Positions 39,727-49,219 of a stretch of 64,000 nt of DNA are shown here, one piece after another. The notes under the pieces are model-generated. The model was given only the letters and a program-made list of their open reading frames with translations. It did no database searches and was not told the DNA's origin. Both the position numbers and the translations under genes were made by a program. The number at the start of each line of letters is the position of its first letter. Within the stretch, counting starts at the first letter, position 1. This DNA comes from Nitrospirae bacterium GWF2_44_13 (lineage in GTDB: Bacteria > Nitrospirota > Thermodesulfovibrionia > Thermodesulfovibrionales > UBA1546), in the NCBI GenBank assembly GCA_001805105.1, contig MHEE01000015.1, positions 294,024 through 358,023 on the forward strand, given 5' to 3'.

Positions 39727-41490
39727 ATGCCCTTTGATGCAACGAAGTTAGCTGACTGGCAGATTTCCGAAGAAGCTGAAAAAAACATGCCTACTCCTGA
39801 AGTTTGGCGGGATCGGCTGGGACTGCAAAAGGATGAGATGCTGCCCATGGGACGCCTGTCTAAAATTGATTTCCTCAAGATCATCAATCGTCTCAAGGAC
39901 AAACCTGACGGCAAGTACATAGAAGTCACTGCCATCACCCCGACGCCTCTGGGCGAAGGCAAAAGCACTACCTCCTGCGGTTTGATGGAAGGGCTTGGCA
40001 AACGCGGCGTAAATGTAGGCGGCGCTCTTCGTCAGCCATCAGGCGGCCCCACAATGAATGTGAAGGGCACTGCTGCAGGCGGCGGCAACTCGTTGCTGAT
40101 TCCTATGACCGAGTTTTCACTGGGGCTTACCGGCGACATCAACGACATCATGAACGCCCACAACCTTGCCATGGTAGCGATGACAGCCCGCATGCAGCAC
40201 GAGCGTAATTACAATGACGAGCAGTTGAAGCGTCTCACCAGAATGAAGCGGCTCGACATAGACCCCACACGCGTGGAAATGGGGTGGATAATGGACTTCT
40301 GCGCCCAGAGCCTCCGAAATATAATCATCGGCATCGGCGGCAGGACAGACGGCTTTATGATGCAGTCAAAGTTCGGTATCGCAGTAGGCTCTGAGTGCAT
40401 GGCAATTCTTTCAGTAGCCAATGACCTCGCAGACCTGAAAAAGCGCCTGAACAATATCACAGTTGCTTTTGACAAGAGCGGCAAACCCGTTACCACAGGC
40501 GATCTTGAAGTCGGCAATGCAATGGCCGCCTTCATGCGAAATACTATTAATCCAACCCTCATGTGCACGGCTGAATACAATCCATGTTTTGTACATGCCG
40601 GGCCTTTTGCCAACATTGCCGTAGGCCAGTCCTCAATCATAGCAGACAGGGTCGGACTGAAACTGTTTGACTATCATGTAACCGAGTCCGGTTTTGCGGC
40701 AGATATCGGTTTTGAAAAATTCTGGAACGTCAAGTGCCGCTTCAGCGGACTGAAACCACACGTATCCGTGCTCACCACCACTGTCCGCGCCCTAAAGATG
40801 CACGGCGGCGGCCCAAAGGTAGTGGCAGGCAAGCCCCTGCCTGAAGAATACACAAAGGAAAATATAGCTTTGGTAGAAAAGGGCTGCGCCAACATGGTAC
40901 ACATGATTAACGTCATCCGCAAGTCCGGCATAAACCCTGTGGTCTGCGTCAACCGTTTTTATACGGACACAAATGCTGAAGTGGCTGCGGTCAAAAAAGC
41001 CGCTGAAGCAGCAGGCGCCCGTTGCGCTGAATCCCAGCACTGGCTAAAGGGCGGGGAGGGAGCTTTGGAACTTGCCGATGCAGTCATTGACGCATGCAAC
41101 CAAAAGAACGACTTTAAATATCTTTATCCGATAGAAATGAAACTACGCGACCGCGTAGCAACCATCGCCAAAGAAGTATACGGAGCTGACGGCGTCTCAT
41201 GGCTGCCTGAAGCTGAAGCCAAGGCCAAGATGCTTGAAGACGATCCCAAGTACGCGGACTTCGCCACCATGATGGTCAAGACCCACCTGAGTCTCACTCA
41301 TGACCCTGCTGTCAAAGGAGTTCCTAAAGGGTGGACGCTGCCCATCAGAGATATATTGATTTACTCAGGCGCTAAATTCCTATGCCCCTGTGCAGGCACT
41401 ATCAGCCTCATGCCCGGCACAAGTTCCGACCCTGCATACAGAAGGATTGATGTGGATGTGAACACCGGAAAGGTCAGCGGATTGTTCTAA
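39727..41490 (+). CDS. fhs: Formate--tetrahydrofolate ligase
   Basis: [27 protein letters not shown]. Confidence 0.96.
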   Translation: MPFDATKLADWQISEEAEKNMPTPEVWRDRLGLQKDEMLPMGRLSKIDFLKIINRLKDKPDGKYIEVTAITPTPLGEGKSTTSCGLMEGLGKRGVNVGGALRQPSGGPTMNVKGTAAGGGNSLLIPMTEFSLGLTGDINDIMNAHNLAMVAMTARMQHERNYNDEQLKRLTRMKRLDIDPTRVEMGWIMDFCAQSLRNIIIGIGGRTDGFMMQSKFGIAVGSECMAILSVANDLADLKKRLNNITVAFDKSGKPVTTGDLEVGNAMAAFMRNTINPTLMCTAEYNPCFVHAGPFANIAVGQSSIIADRVGLKLFDYHVTESGFAADIGFEKFWNVKCRFSGLKPHVSVLTTTVRALKMHGGGPKVVAGKPLPEEYTKENIALVEKGCANMVHMINVIRKSGINPVVCVNRFYTDTNAEVAAVKKAAEAAGARCAESQHWLKGGEGALELADAVIDACNQKNDFKYLYPIEMKLRDRVATIAKEVYGADGVSWLPEAEAKAKMLEDDPKYADFATMMVKTHLSLTHDPAVKGVPKGWTLPIRDILIYSGAKFLCPCAGTISLMPGTSSDPAYRRIDVDVNTGKVSGLF

Positions 41491-41510
41491 GAAGGATATT
41501 AAGTAGAATT

Positions 41511-41542
41511 AAAAAGGGCGGCTTTCAATGCCGCCCTTTTTT
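41511..41542. terminator. Bidirectional intrinsic terminator
   Basis: AAAAAGGGCGGC-TTTCAAT-GCCGCCCTTTTTT between convergent genes. Confidence 0.85.
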
Positions 41543-41602
41543 GTTTTAGTGCTCTCACTTTGATTTTTATTCTTTGGCACTTTGAACATCAGCGCCTTCT
41601 TT

Positions 41603-42085
41603 CTATTCCACAACTTTCACCTTCATCTCAATTCTCTCATCAGGATTGTCGCTTGCGTCCCTCGGCTGGCTTACTATCTTGTCAACTGCATCCATGCCTG
41701 AAACGACTTCTCCGAATACCGTGTACTGCCTGTCAAGGAAAGGCGCATCAACAACGCAGATGAAAAACTGGGAGCCCGCGCTGTCCGGATTGGCAGACCG
41801 GGCAGCAGAGAGAGTTCCTCTCTTGTGCGGCATGTTATTGAATTCAGCTTTAATCGTATATCCGGGGCCTCCCATTCCATGTTTTGACTTGTCAGGACTT
41901 TTAGAATTCGGGTCTCCTCCCTGTATCATAAAGCCCGGGATTACGCGGTGGAATGTCGTGCCGTCGTAAAATCCTTTTTTTGCAAGGTCCGTAAAATTCT
42001 TAACGTGATCGGGAGCAACGTCAGGAAAAAACTTTAACTCAATATTCCCGAATTTAGTCTCTATTACCGCCTTTGTCTCAGCCAT
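41603..42085 (-). CDS. Cyclophilin-type peptidyl-prolyl isomerase
   Basis: FHRVIPGFMIQGGD, SAGSQFFI. Confidence 0.95.
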   Translation of the reverse strand: MAETKAVIETKFGNIELKFFPDVAPDHVKNFTDLAKKGFYDGTTFHRVIPGFMIQGGDPNSKSPDKSKHGMGGPGYTIKAEFNNMPHKRGTLSAARSANPDSAGSQFFICVVDAPFLDRQYTVFGEVVSGMDAVDKIVSQPRDASDNPDERIEMKVKVVE

Positions 42086-42114
42086 TTCATAATCTCCTTT
42101 TTTGCGATTTTATA

Positions 42115-43407
42115 TTAGTGTTTAAATACCCTCTGCCCTGTAAATACCATTGCGACTTTTGGATTCGCTTCGTTGCATGCCTCTATAACCTCAAAATCGC
42201 GCTCCGAGCCTCCGGGCTGGACAACTGCTGTAACTCCCTGGTTTATTCCGACTTCAATTCCGTCCCGGAACGGGAAGAAAGCATCGGATACCATCACAGC
42301 TCCGATAAGCCCTCCTTTATTCTTCCTTGTTTCTTCATCAATTTCCTGAAGCAGCCCCGCGTCTCTTTCGCCTCGTGCAACTTCCATCTCAAGGGTCTTG
42401 TAAGAGACACCGTAGTTCTTAAAACATAATGCATCCGCATATTTTGTATATGCCTTGAAAACGGCAATTTCCGCAACGCCCACCCTGTCCTGCTCTCCTG
42501 TGCCGATACCAACTGTCTCTCCGTTTTTTACATAGATGACGGAGTTTGATGTAATCCCCATCTCAACGCTCCAGCCGAAAATCATGTCTTCATATTCCTT
42601 ATCACCCGGCATTCTTTCTGTTGCATATTCTTTTCCTTTGTATGTGGTCTTTGCAGGAAGAAAATCAGCTTTTGTCTTTATCCTGCTTAGCTGTGACTGT
42701 TGGACAATCAAGCCGCCGTCAATCAATGATTTGCAATCAACAAAACAGAAGTTCCTGTATTTTTCAAGCTCATTGATTTTTTTGACTCTTATAATCCTAA
42801 GATTCTTCCTTTTTGCAAGTATCGCTGCTGCACCTTCTTCAAAATCAGGAGCTGCAACAACTTCAAGATAATTTTCGTTAACAGCCTCCGCTGTTTTTTT
42901 ATCCATCGCGCGGTTTACAACAAGGCATCCTCCAAATGCGGCAATCCTGTCTGCCATATTCGCTTTTCCGTACGCCTCTTCAACTGTCTTTCCGAATGCG
43001 GCGCCGCATGGGTTGTTATGCTTGAGGATAACAGCGGCAGGTTTATCCATCAGGTATTTCATTATGTTCAGACCATTGTCAAGGTCTGTCATATTAGTTT
43101 TTCCGGGATGCTTTCCGGCCTGTATCATATCCTTTTCAGTGATACTGCTTACGAGCCCATTGCCGGCATTTATATACTCACATCCTCCAAGCACCAGATT
43201 ACCGTTTACCAGTTCATAGATTGCTGCCTGCTGGTCAGGGTTTTCTCCGTAACGCAATCCTTTTTCTATAAGCTCGCCTGTTTTTTCATCAGGTATTTTC
43301 CAAGCTCGTTTTTTATAGACGAGGGTCTGATCCCCGAATTTTATTGTCATATCATCCGGGAAATTATCATCCATAATAGTGCGGTACATCTTTTTAATAT
43401 CAGGCAT
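42115..43407 (-). CDS. purH: PurH-like AICAR transformylase-domain protein
   Basis: LRYGENP.Q.A, KHNNPCG, AFGG, SDAFFPF.D, QPGGS, R.FKH; lacks the N-terminal MGS-like domain. Confidence 0.8.
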   Translation of the reverse strand: MPDIKKMYRTIMDDNFPDDMTIKFGDQTLVYKKRAWKIPDEKTGELIEKGLRYGENPDQQAAIYELVNGNLVLGGCEYINAGNGLVSSITEKDMIQAGKHPGKTNMTDLDNGLNIMKYLMDKPAAVILKHNNPCGAAFGKTVEEAYGKANMADRIAAFGGCLVVNRAMDKKTAEAVNENYLEVVAAPDFEEGAAAILAKRKNLRIIRVKKINELEKYRNFCFVDCKSLIDGGLIVQQSQLSRIKTKADFLPAKTTYKGKEYATERMPGDKEYEDMIFGWSVEMGITSNSVIYVKNGETVGIGTGEQDRVGVAEIAVFKAYTKYADALCFKNYGVSYKTLEMEVARGERDAGLLQEIDEETRKNKGGLIGAVMVSDAFFPFRDGIEVGINQGVTAVVQPGGSERDFEVIEACNEANPKVAMVFTGQRVFKH

Positions 43408-43984
43408 AAAAACCTCCTCGGGATTTAAAATAGATGTAAATATAATAGCAAAAAAAGAAATAAAAGATTATGAAAATCTATCGAGCGGCTGAACTGTCCC
43501 CTATTTATTCTCCTTGAAATTTTGCGCCCGCGCATGAAAACCCATAAAAAACCTTCCATACTTTTGTCGCATAATATCGTAAATTGTAACGCCGCACCCC
43601 GCCCTTACTTGTTGATATTTATATGGATTTTCTGTATTGCGGGTATTGACTGCATTATGCTATTATGGCGCAAATACTTTAAGTCTACCCGCGAGGTAGA
43701 TTATATGTTAAGACACATTTCGCATTCAAATCAACAGGTGACAGGCCGTATGTCTGCGGACGGTAAGCACAGTTTCAGAGTGGGCATAGCGTCTGCGATA
43801 AATTTTCACATTGCCTTATTATTAAAATTCCCATTATCATTTATGCATGAAAAAAGCTGGCTTCCTTCCCGATAATATATTCCTCAAGCATGAAGAAGAC
43901 CGTTCAAGCGGGAATTAATATTGCCTTTTGGGGCACGTTGTGCAAAAATACAGCCATGGTTCCTTAACGGAGAGGACAGAGAGA

Positions 43985-44392
43985 ATGATAACCATTAAAG
44001 ACGATGTAATAGCGAAACTGAAAAGTTTTCTTTTGGGGTATGACAATGCAATTTTCGCATTTCTGTTCGGCTCGTATGCCGAAGGCAGTGTAACAAGGGA
44101 TAGCGACCTTGATATCGCTATTTTTTTCAACAGCAGGCCGGATATATATATGCGGAATGAACTGAGGGGAGAGCTGGAAAAGATGCTCGGCAAGACAGCA
44201 GACCTCGTGGCGCTGAACGACGCCTCTCCTGTTATAAGAATGCAGGTTCTGAGAAAAGGAATATTGCTGGTTAATAAATACCCTATGGTTTACAATGAAT
44301 TTTTTGTTAATACTATAAAAGAGTACTATGATCTTAAGCAAAACAGAAAACAGATAGAAGAAAACATCTTTAAGGGAAGGATATATGCCTGA
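43985..44392 (+). CDS. MNT nucleotidyltransferase antitoxin (type VII TA)
   Basis: LFGS.A.G....SDLDIA motif; start moved to ATG 43985. Confidence 0.88.
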   Translation: MITIKDDVIAKLKSFLLGYDNAIFAFLFGSYAEGSVTRDSDLDIAIFFNSRPDIYMRNELRGELEKMLGKTADLVALNDASPVIRMQVLRKGILLVNKYPMVYNEFFVNTIKEYYDLKQNRKQIEENIFKGRIYA

Positions 44393-44810
44393 CAGGGATG
44401 TTGTGTTGGCAAAGGTTGCTGTTATTCAGAGGTGCATGAGAAGGATTAAAGAGTCTACGAAGTTGGACCCTTCTGCTCTCGAAAATATCGACAAGCAGGA
44501 TATTTTTGTCTTGAACCTCCAGCGGGCAGTGCAGGCGGCTATAGACCTAGCGGCGCATATTGTGGCATCAGAGGGCCTCGGATTGCCGGACTCCATCAAA
44601 GACAATTTCAAACTAATCAAAGGCGCCGGCATAATAAGCGAGGGCATTTCTCTAAAGATGGAAGCCATGTCCGGATTCAGAAATATAGCAATCCATGATT
44701 ATCGGGCAATAGATATTGATGTATTAAAATCAATCATGGTTAAGCATCTCAGGGACTTGGAAGATTTCTACACATCTGTATTGCTTTATTTCAAGATTTC
44801 AGCCGGTTGA
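44385..44810 (+). CDS. HEPN/DUF86 RNase toxin (type VII TA)
   Basis: GFRNIAIHDY (R-X4-H-X-Y); overlaps the MNT stop. Confidence 0.9.
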   Translation: MPDRDVVLAKVAVIQRCMRRIKESTKLDPSALENIDKQDIFVLNLQRAVQAAIDLAAHIVASEGLGLPDSIKDNFKLIKGAGIISEGISLKMEAMSGFRNIAIHDYRAIDIDVLKSIMVKHLRDLEDFYTSVLLYFKISAG

Positions 44811-44878
44811 TTTTGCCGCTGTGCTTCAAGGCAATTTTCACATTGCCTTATTTTTTAAATACCAATTATCATTTAAAC

Positions 44879-45793
44879 ATGAAAAAAGTCGGCTTCATAT
44901 ACGACGACATATTTCTTGCCCATGAAACTCCTGAGTGGCATCCTGAAGCTAAAGAAAGACTTGTTGCAATAATTGACACGCTTAAATCCTCTGACATATG
45001 GAATAAACTCATTCACATAAAACCCCGCAAGGCTGATTTCAAGGATATAGAGGCTGTTCATACACGCGATTATATTGAGAGGCTTAAGGGGATGAAAACC
45101 GGCTATGCCGACCCTGACACATACATATCAGTGAATAGCCTTGAGGCCGCTCTCTATGCGGCAGGCGCTGTGATAGAAGCCATAGACAGATGCAAAAAAG
45201 GAGACGTTGAGAGAGCCTTCTGCGCTGTTAGGCCTCCGGGTCATCATGCAGAGGCAGACAGGGCCATGGGTTTCTGCATATTCAATAATGTCGCGGTCGG
45301 AGCGCGATACGCGCAGAAGAATGGCTATAAAAAAATATTCATCATAGATTTTGACGTCCATCACGGAAACGGCACGCAGCATATGTTTGAGGAAGATGAC
45401 ACTGTGTTTTATTTCAGCACCCATCAATATCCGCATTATCCGGGCACAGGAAGTGAAACCGAAACAGGCAGGGGAAAAGGCAAAGGGTTTACATACAACA
45501 TGCCCATGAAGCACGGTTCAGGCGACAAAGAATATTTCTCTGCTTACAATGATGTTCTGCCGCATCTCGTGAAAAAGTTTGAACCTGACATGATTCTCGT
45601 GTCAGCAGGTTATGACATCCGCGCCGAAGACCCGCTGTCAGGCATAAGGGTTTCTGACAAAGGAATAAGAGGCATTGTGAACAGCATATTGTCATGCGCA
45701 GAGGTTCCTGTTATTTTTGCTCTTGAAGGAGGTTATGATTTACAGGCGCTTGGCAAGTCAGTTTTACTGACAATCAAAGAGATACTGGCATAG
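44879..45793 (+). CDS. Histone deacetylase family protein
   Basis: HPE, RPPGHHA, GFCIFNN, DFDVHHGNGTQ, LEGGY; start moved to ATG 44879. Confidence 0.93.
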   Translation: MKKVGFIYDDIFLAHETPEWHPEAKERLVAIIDTLKSSDIWNKLIHIKPRKADFKDIEAVHTRDYIERLKGMKTGYADPDTYISVNSLEAALYAAGAVIEAIDRCKKGDVERAFCAVRPPGHHAEADRAMGFCIFNNVAVGARYAQKNGYKKIFIIDFDVHHGNGTQHMFEEDDTVFYFSTHQYPHYPGTGSETETGRGKGKGFTYNMPMKHGSGDKEYFSAYNDVLPHLVKKFEPDMILVSAGYDIRAEDPLSGIRVSDKGIRGIVNSILSCAEVPVIFALEGGYDLQALGKSVLLTIKEILA

Positions 45794-45799
45794 CCCGAA

Positions 45800-47044
45800 C
45801 TACTCTTTAAGCCTCTTAAAAACCAGACAGGCATTTGTTCCGCCAAAACCGAATGAATTGGACATGACACAGTTAACATCCATCTTCCTTGCCTTATGCG
45901 GCACATAATCCAGGTCGCACTGCGGGTCAGGATTATCAAGGTTTATCGTTGGTGGAACAATATTATCCCTCATGCATAAAACACATACAACAGCCTCAAC
46001 GCCTCCTGCGGCGCCGAGAAGATGCCCTGTCATGGATTTTGTTGAACTTACCGCAAGCTTATAAGCGTGGCCTTTAAATACCGTCTTTATAGCAATACTC
46101 TCAAGTTCATCCCCGTATTTTGTAGACGTCCCGTGTGCATTTATATAATCAACTTCTGAAGCAGCAACTCCTCCGTCTTTTAAAGCTATAGCCATACACC
46201 GTGCAGCGCCTTCTCCCTCAGGAGCAGGAGAAGTCATATGGTAAGCGTCTGCTGTCATTCCATAACCGGCAACCTCGGCATATATTCTGGCGCCCCTTGA
46301 GCGTGCGTGTTCAAGGCTCTCAAGCACCATTATCCCAACGCCTTCTCCCATAACAAAACCATCCCTGTCTGCGTCAAACGGCCTGCTTGCCTTTTCAGGT
46401 TCATCGTTTCGCGTTGAAAGCGCCTTCATTGCATTGAACCCGCCGATTCCCATCGGCGTTATAACCGATTCAGTGCCGCCCGCAATCATAGCATCCGCAT
46501 CCCCTCTCTGAATTATCTTAAAGGCGTCGCCTATTGAATGGCTGCCGGTAGCGCATGCGGTTGCAACTGCGGAATTAGGGCCCTTGGCGCCATATTTCAT
46601 GGACACATGGCCGCCTGCAAGGTTTATTATGAGCATAGGGATAAAAAAAGGAGTTATCCTTCTGGGGCCTTTTTCAAGGAGAACAGAATGGTAATATTCA
46701 ATTGCCGGCAGTCCGCCCATGCCTGAGCCGATTATCACACCGACACTTTCGGCATTGCTGTCAGTTATCTTTAACCCCGAATCCTTTACAGCCATATCCG
46801 AAGCTGCAATGGCAAGATGGATAAAACGGTCCATCTTCTTTATTTCTTTAGGCTCAATATAGTCCTCAGGATTAAATCCCTCTATCTCGCCGGCTATCTG
46901 CGTTGCAAAAGCCGAAGCGTCAAACCGGGTCAGTTTTCTTATACCCGACCTGCCTTCAATAAGCCCTTTCCAGCTTTCTTCGACTCCTATCCCTACAGGT
47001 GTGATAACACCCACACCCGTTACAACAACTCTTCTTTTTTCCAT
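45800..47044 (-). CDS. fabF: 3-oxoacyl-ACP synthase II
   Basis: TACATG, NAHGTST, GHLLGAAG, SNSFGFGG. Confidence 0.97.
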   Translation of the reverse strand: MEKRRVVVTGVGVITPVGIGVEESWKGLIEGRSGIRKLTRFDASAFATQIAGEIEGFNPEDYIEPKEIKKMDRFIHLAIAASDMAVKDSGLKITDSNAESVGVIIGSGMGGLPAIEYYHSVLLEKGPRRITPFFIPMLIINLAGGHVSMKYGAKGPNSAVATACATGSHSIGDAFKIIQRGDADAMIAGGTESVITPMGIGGFNAMKALSTRNDEPEKASRPFDADRDGFVMGEGVGIMVLESLEHARSRGARIYAEVAGYGMTADAYHMTSPAPEGEGAARCMAIALKDGGVAASEVDYINAHGTSTKYGDELESIAIKTVFKGHAYKLAVSSTKSMTGHLLGAAGGVEAVVCVLCMRDNIVPPTINLDNPDPQCDLDYVPHKARKMDVNCVMSNSFGFGGTNACLVFKRLKE

Positions 47045-47274
47045 TAAGCTTTTTTACTGTTGATATACGCTATTGCGTCCTTGACCTTTGTTATCTTTTC
47101 AGCGTCCTCGTCAGGTATCTCTATGTTGAATGACTCTTCAAATGCCATTACAAGTTCAACCGTATCCAGCGAGTCCGCGCCAAGGTCTTCGACAAAGGAT
47201 GCTTCCGGCGTCACCTCTGAAGCATTGACGCCAAGCTGTTTTGATATAATCTCTTTTACCTTTTCTTCTACCAT
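47044..47274 (-). CDS. acpP: Acyl carrier protein
   Basis: [14 protein letters not shown]. Confidence 0.98.
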   Translation of the reverse strand: MVEEKVKEIISKQLGVNASEVTPEASFVEDLGADSLDTVELVMAFEESFNIEIPDEDAEKITKVKDAIAYINSKKA

Positions 47275-47300
47275 TTAAAACACCTCCAAAGTTTTTATGC

Positions 47301-47382
47301 TATGATGCATGATACACGATACATGATGCAGAATATTTTTTATCGGTACTCCTGCATCCTGAATCTTGCATCCTGTATCTTG
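47301..47382 (-). repeat. Family A copy 3 (intergenic fabG-acpP)
   Basis: Minus strand: CAAGATA-CAGGATG-CAAGATT-CAGGATG...CATCATG-TATCGTG-TATCATG-CATCATA. Confidence 0.88.
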
Positions 47383-48126
47383 TTACATATACATCCCGCC
47401 GTTAACATGTATCACCTGTCCTGTTATATAACCTGCCTCTGATGATGCGAGAAAGACAACGGCATTTGCAACATCATCTGTAGTGCCGAACCTTCCAAGC
47501 GGAATCGCCCTTTTCATATCCTCCTTAACGTTTTCAGGCAGGGCCTCGGTCATGGCAGTTGTTATAAAGCCCGGCGCAACTGCATTTGCGGTAATCCCCC
47601 TGCTCGCATATTCTTTCGCGGTGGTCTTTGTCAGCCCGACTATCCCCGCTTTTGATGCGCTGTAATTTGCCTGTCCCGGGTTCCCCATAAAAGCAACCAC
47701 TGACGATATATTTATAATCCTGCCGTATCTCTGTTTTGCCATTACTTTAACCGCCTCCTTAGAACAGAGGAACACGCTCTTTAAATTAATATTAATCACG
47801 GCGTCCCAGTCTTCTTCCTTCATCCTCATGATAAGGCCGTCTCTTGTTATGCCGGCATTATTTACGAGAATGTCTATTTTACCGTAATCTTTTGCTATCT
47901 CACCGAATACTTTAGCCACTTCTTCTGACTTTGAGACATCAATGCCGACTCCGGATGACTTAACCCCCAGCTTTTCCATTTCTGCCGCCGTTCCTTGCGC
48001 CTGTTCGCTGCTGATGTCGGCAATAACTATATTGACGCCTTTTTTTGCAAGCGCTTCGGCTATTGTCTTTCCAATCCCGCGCGCGCCGCCTGTGATTACA
48101 GCCACCTGCCCTTTAAACTCCATCAA
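47383..48126 (-). CDS. fabG: 3-oxoacyl-ACP reductase
   Basis: TGGARGIG, NNAGITRD, YSASK, NGGMYM. Confidence 0.96.
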   Translation of the reverse strand: MMEFKGQVAVITGGARGIGKTIAEALAKKGVNIVIADISSEQAQGTAAEMEKLGVKSSGVGIDVSKSEEVAKVFGEIAKDYGKIDILVNNAGITRDGLIMRMKEEDWDAVININLKSVFLCSKEAVKVMAKQRYGRIINISSVVAFMGNPGQANYSASKAGIVGLTKTTAKEYASRGITANAVAPGFITTAMTEALPENVKEDMKRAIPLGRFGTTDDVANAVVFLASSEAGYITGQVIHVNGGMYM

Positions 48127-48322
48127 TCCCTCCGATCAAAAAATCGGCTATAATTCTAACAGAGAGTTCTATTTATTTTCCAGTCCTCTGAGAAAAGCAG
48201 AATAAAAATTACCGATGAATCATATCTCACAAAAGCAGAAAAAAACAAGTGTGATATATGCTATAATTAAAAATTGCAATGCACTATCTTATCACAGTAG
48301 TCTAATTTTTATGAAGGAAAAA

Positions 48323-49201
48323 ATGCGTAAAAAAATAAGAAAGGCTATATTCCCTGCAGGCGGTCTTGGCACAAGGTTTCTGCCTGCTACAAAGGCGTCG
48401 CCAAAGGAGATGCTCCCGATTGTTGACAAGCCTATGATACAGTGTGCGGTAGAAGAAGCCATCACATGCAATATTGAAGAGTTCATAATAATCACCGGCA
48501 AATATAAGCGCGCTATCGAAGACCATTTTGACTCGGCATACGAGCTTGAAGAAAATCTCAGGAAGATGGATAAGAAAAAACTTCTCAATGAAATAACAAA
48601 ACTCAACCACTTGAATTTCGCATACGTAAGGCAGCGGGCAGCGCTCGGCCTCGGGCATGCAATTCTCTGTGCAAGGCCGTTTGTAAAGGAGGAGCCATTT
48701 GCGGTGCTGTTGAGCGATGATGTAATCGAGCCGGAAGAAACATTGCTGAGAGATATGCTGAAGCTGTATGAAAAACTTGGCTGTCCGATACTCGCGCTTG
48801 AAGAAGTTCCAATGACTGAGATACATAAATACGGCGTAATAAAGGGGAAACCTTGCGGCGGCGGGGTATATAAAATCAGCGACCTCGTTGAGAAACCCGC
48901 AAGAGAAAAGGCGCCGTCCAACCTTGCAATAATAGGCAGATACATTCTCACCCCGCAGATATTCGGCGCACTTGAGCAATTGCCTCCGGGCAGGGGCGGA
49001 GAGATACAACTGACAGACGGACTAAAAAAACTTCTTAAAAAAGAACCCATTTACGGTTATATTTTTAAAGGCCGGCGGTATGACGCAGGAGACAAGTTAG
49101 GTTATCTTAAGGCAACGGTCAGCTTTGCCCTGAAAAATCAGGAAGTCTCAAAGCCGTTTGCCGAATATCTGCTTAATATAGCGGCAATGATTAAAAAATA
49201 A
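48323..49201 (+). CDS. galU: UTP--glucose-1-phosphate uridylyltransferase
   Basis: PAGGLGTRFLPATKA.PKEMLP, VEKP, GEIQLTD; start 48311 or 48323. Confidence 0.95.
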   Translation: MRKKIRKAIFPAGGLGTRFLPATKASPKEMLPIVDKPMIQCAVEEAITCNIEEFIIITGKYKRAIEDHFDSAYELEENLRKMDKKKLLNEITKLNHLNFAYVRQRAALGLGHAILCARPFVKEEPFAVLLSDDVIEPEETLLRDMLKLYEKLGCPILALEEVPMTEIHKYGVIKGKPCGGGVYKISDLVEKPAREKAPSNLAIIGRYILTPQIFGALEQLPPGRGGEIQLTDGLKKLLKKEPIYGYIFKGRRYDAGDKLGYLKATVSFALKNQEVSKPFAEYLLNIAAMIKK

Positions 49202-49219
49202 AGGCATCCGGAGATAAGA

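Noticed and set aside
43410-43700. ZTP riboswitch upstream of purH
   Set aside because: Expected by context, but the conserved CGCCTGGG 3' motif is not visible on the minus strand.
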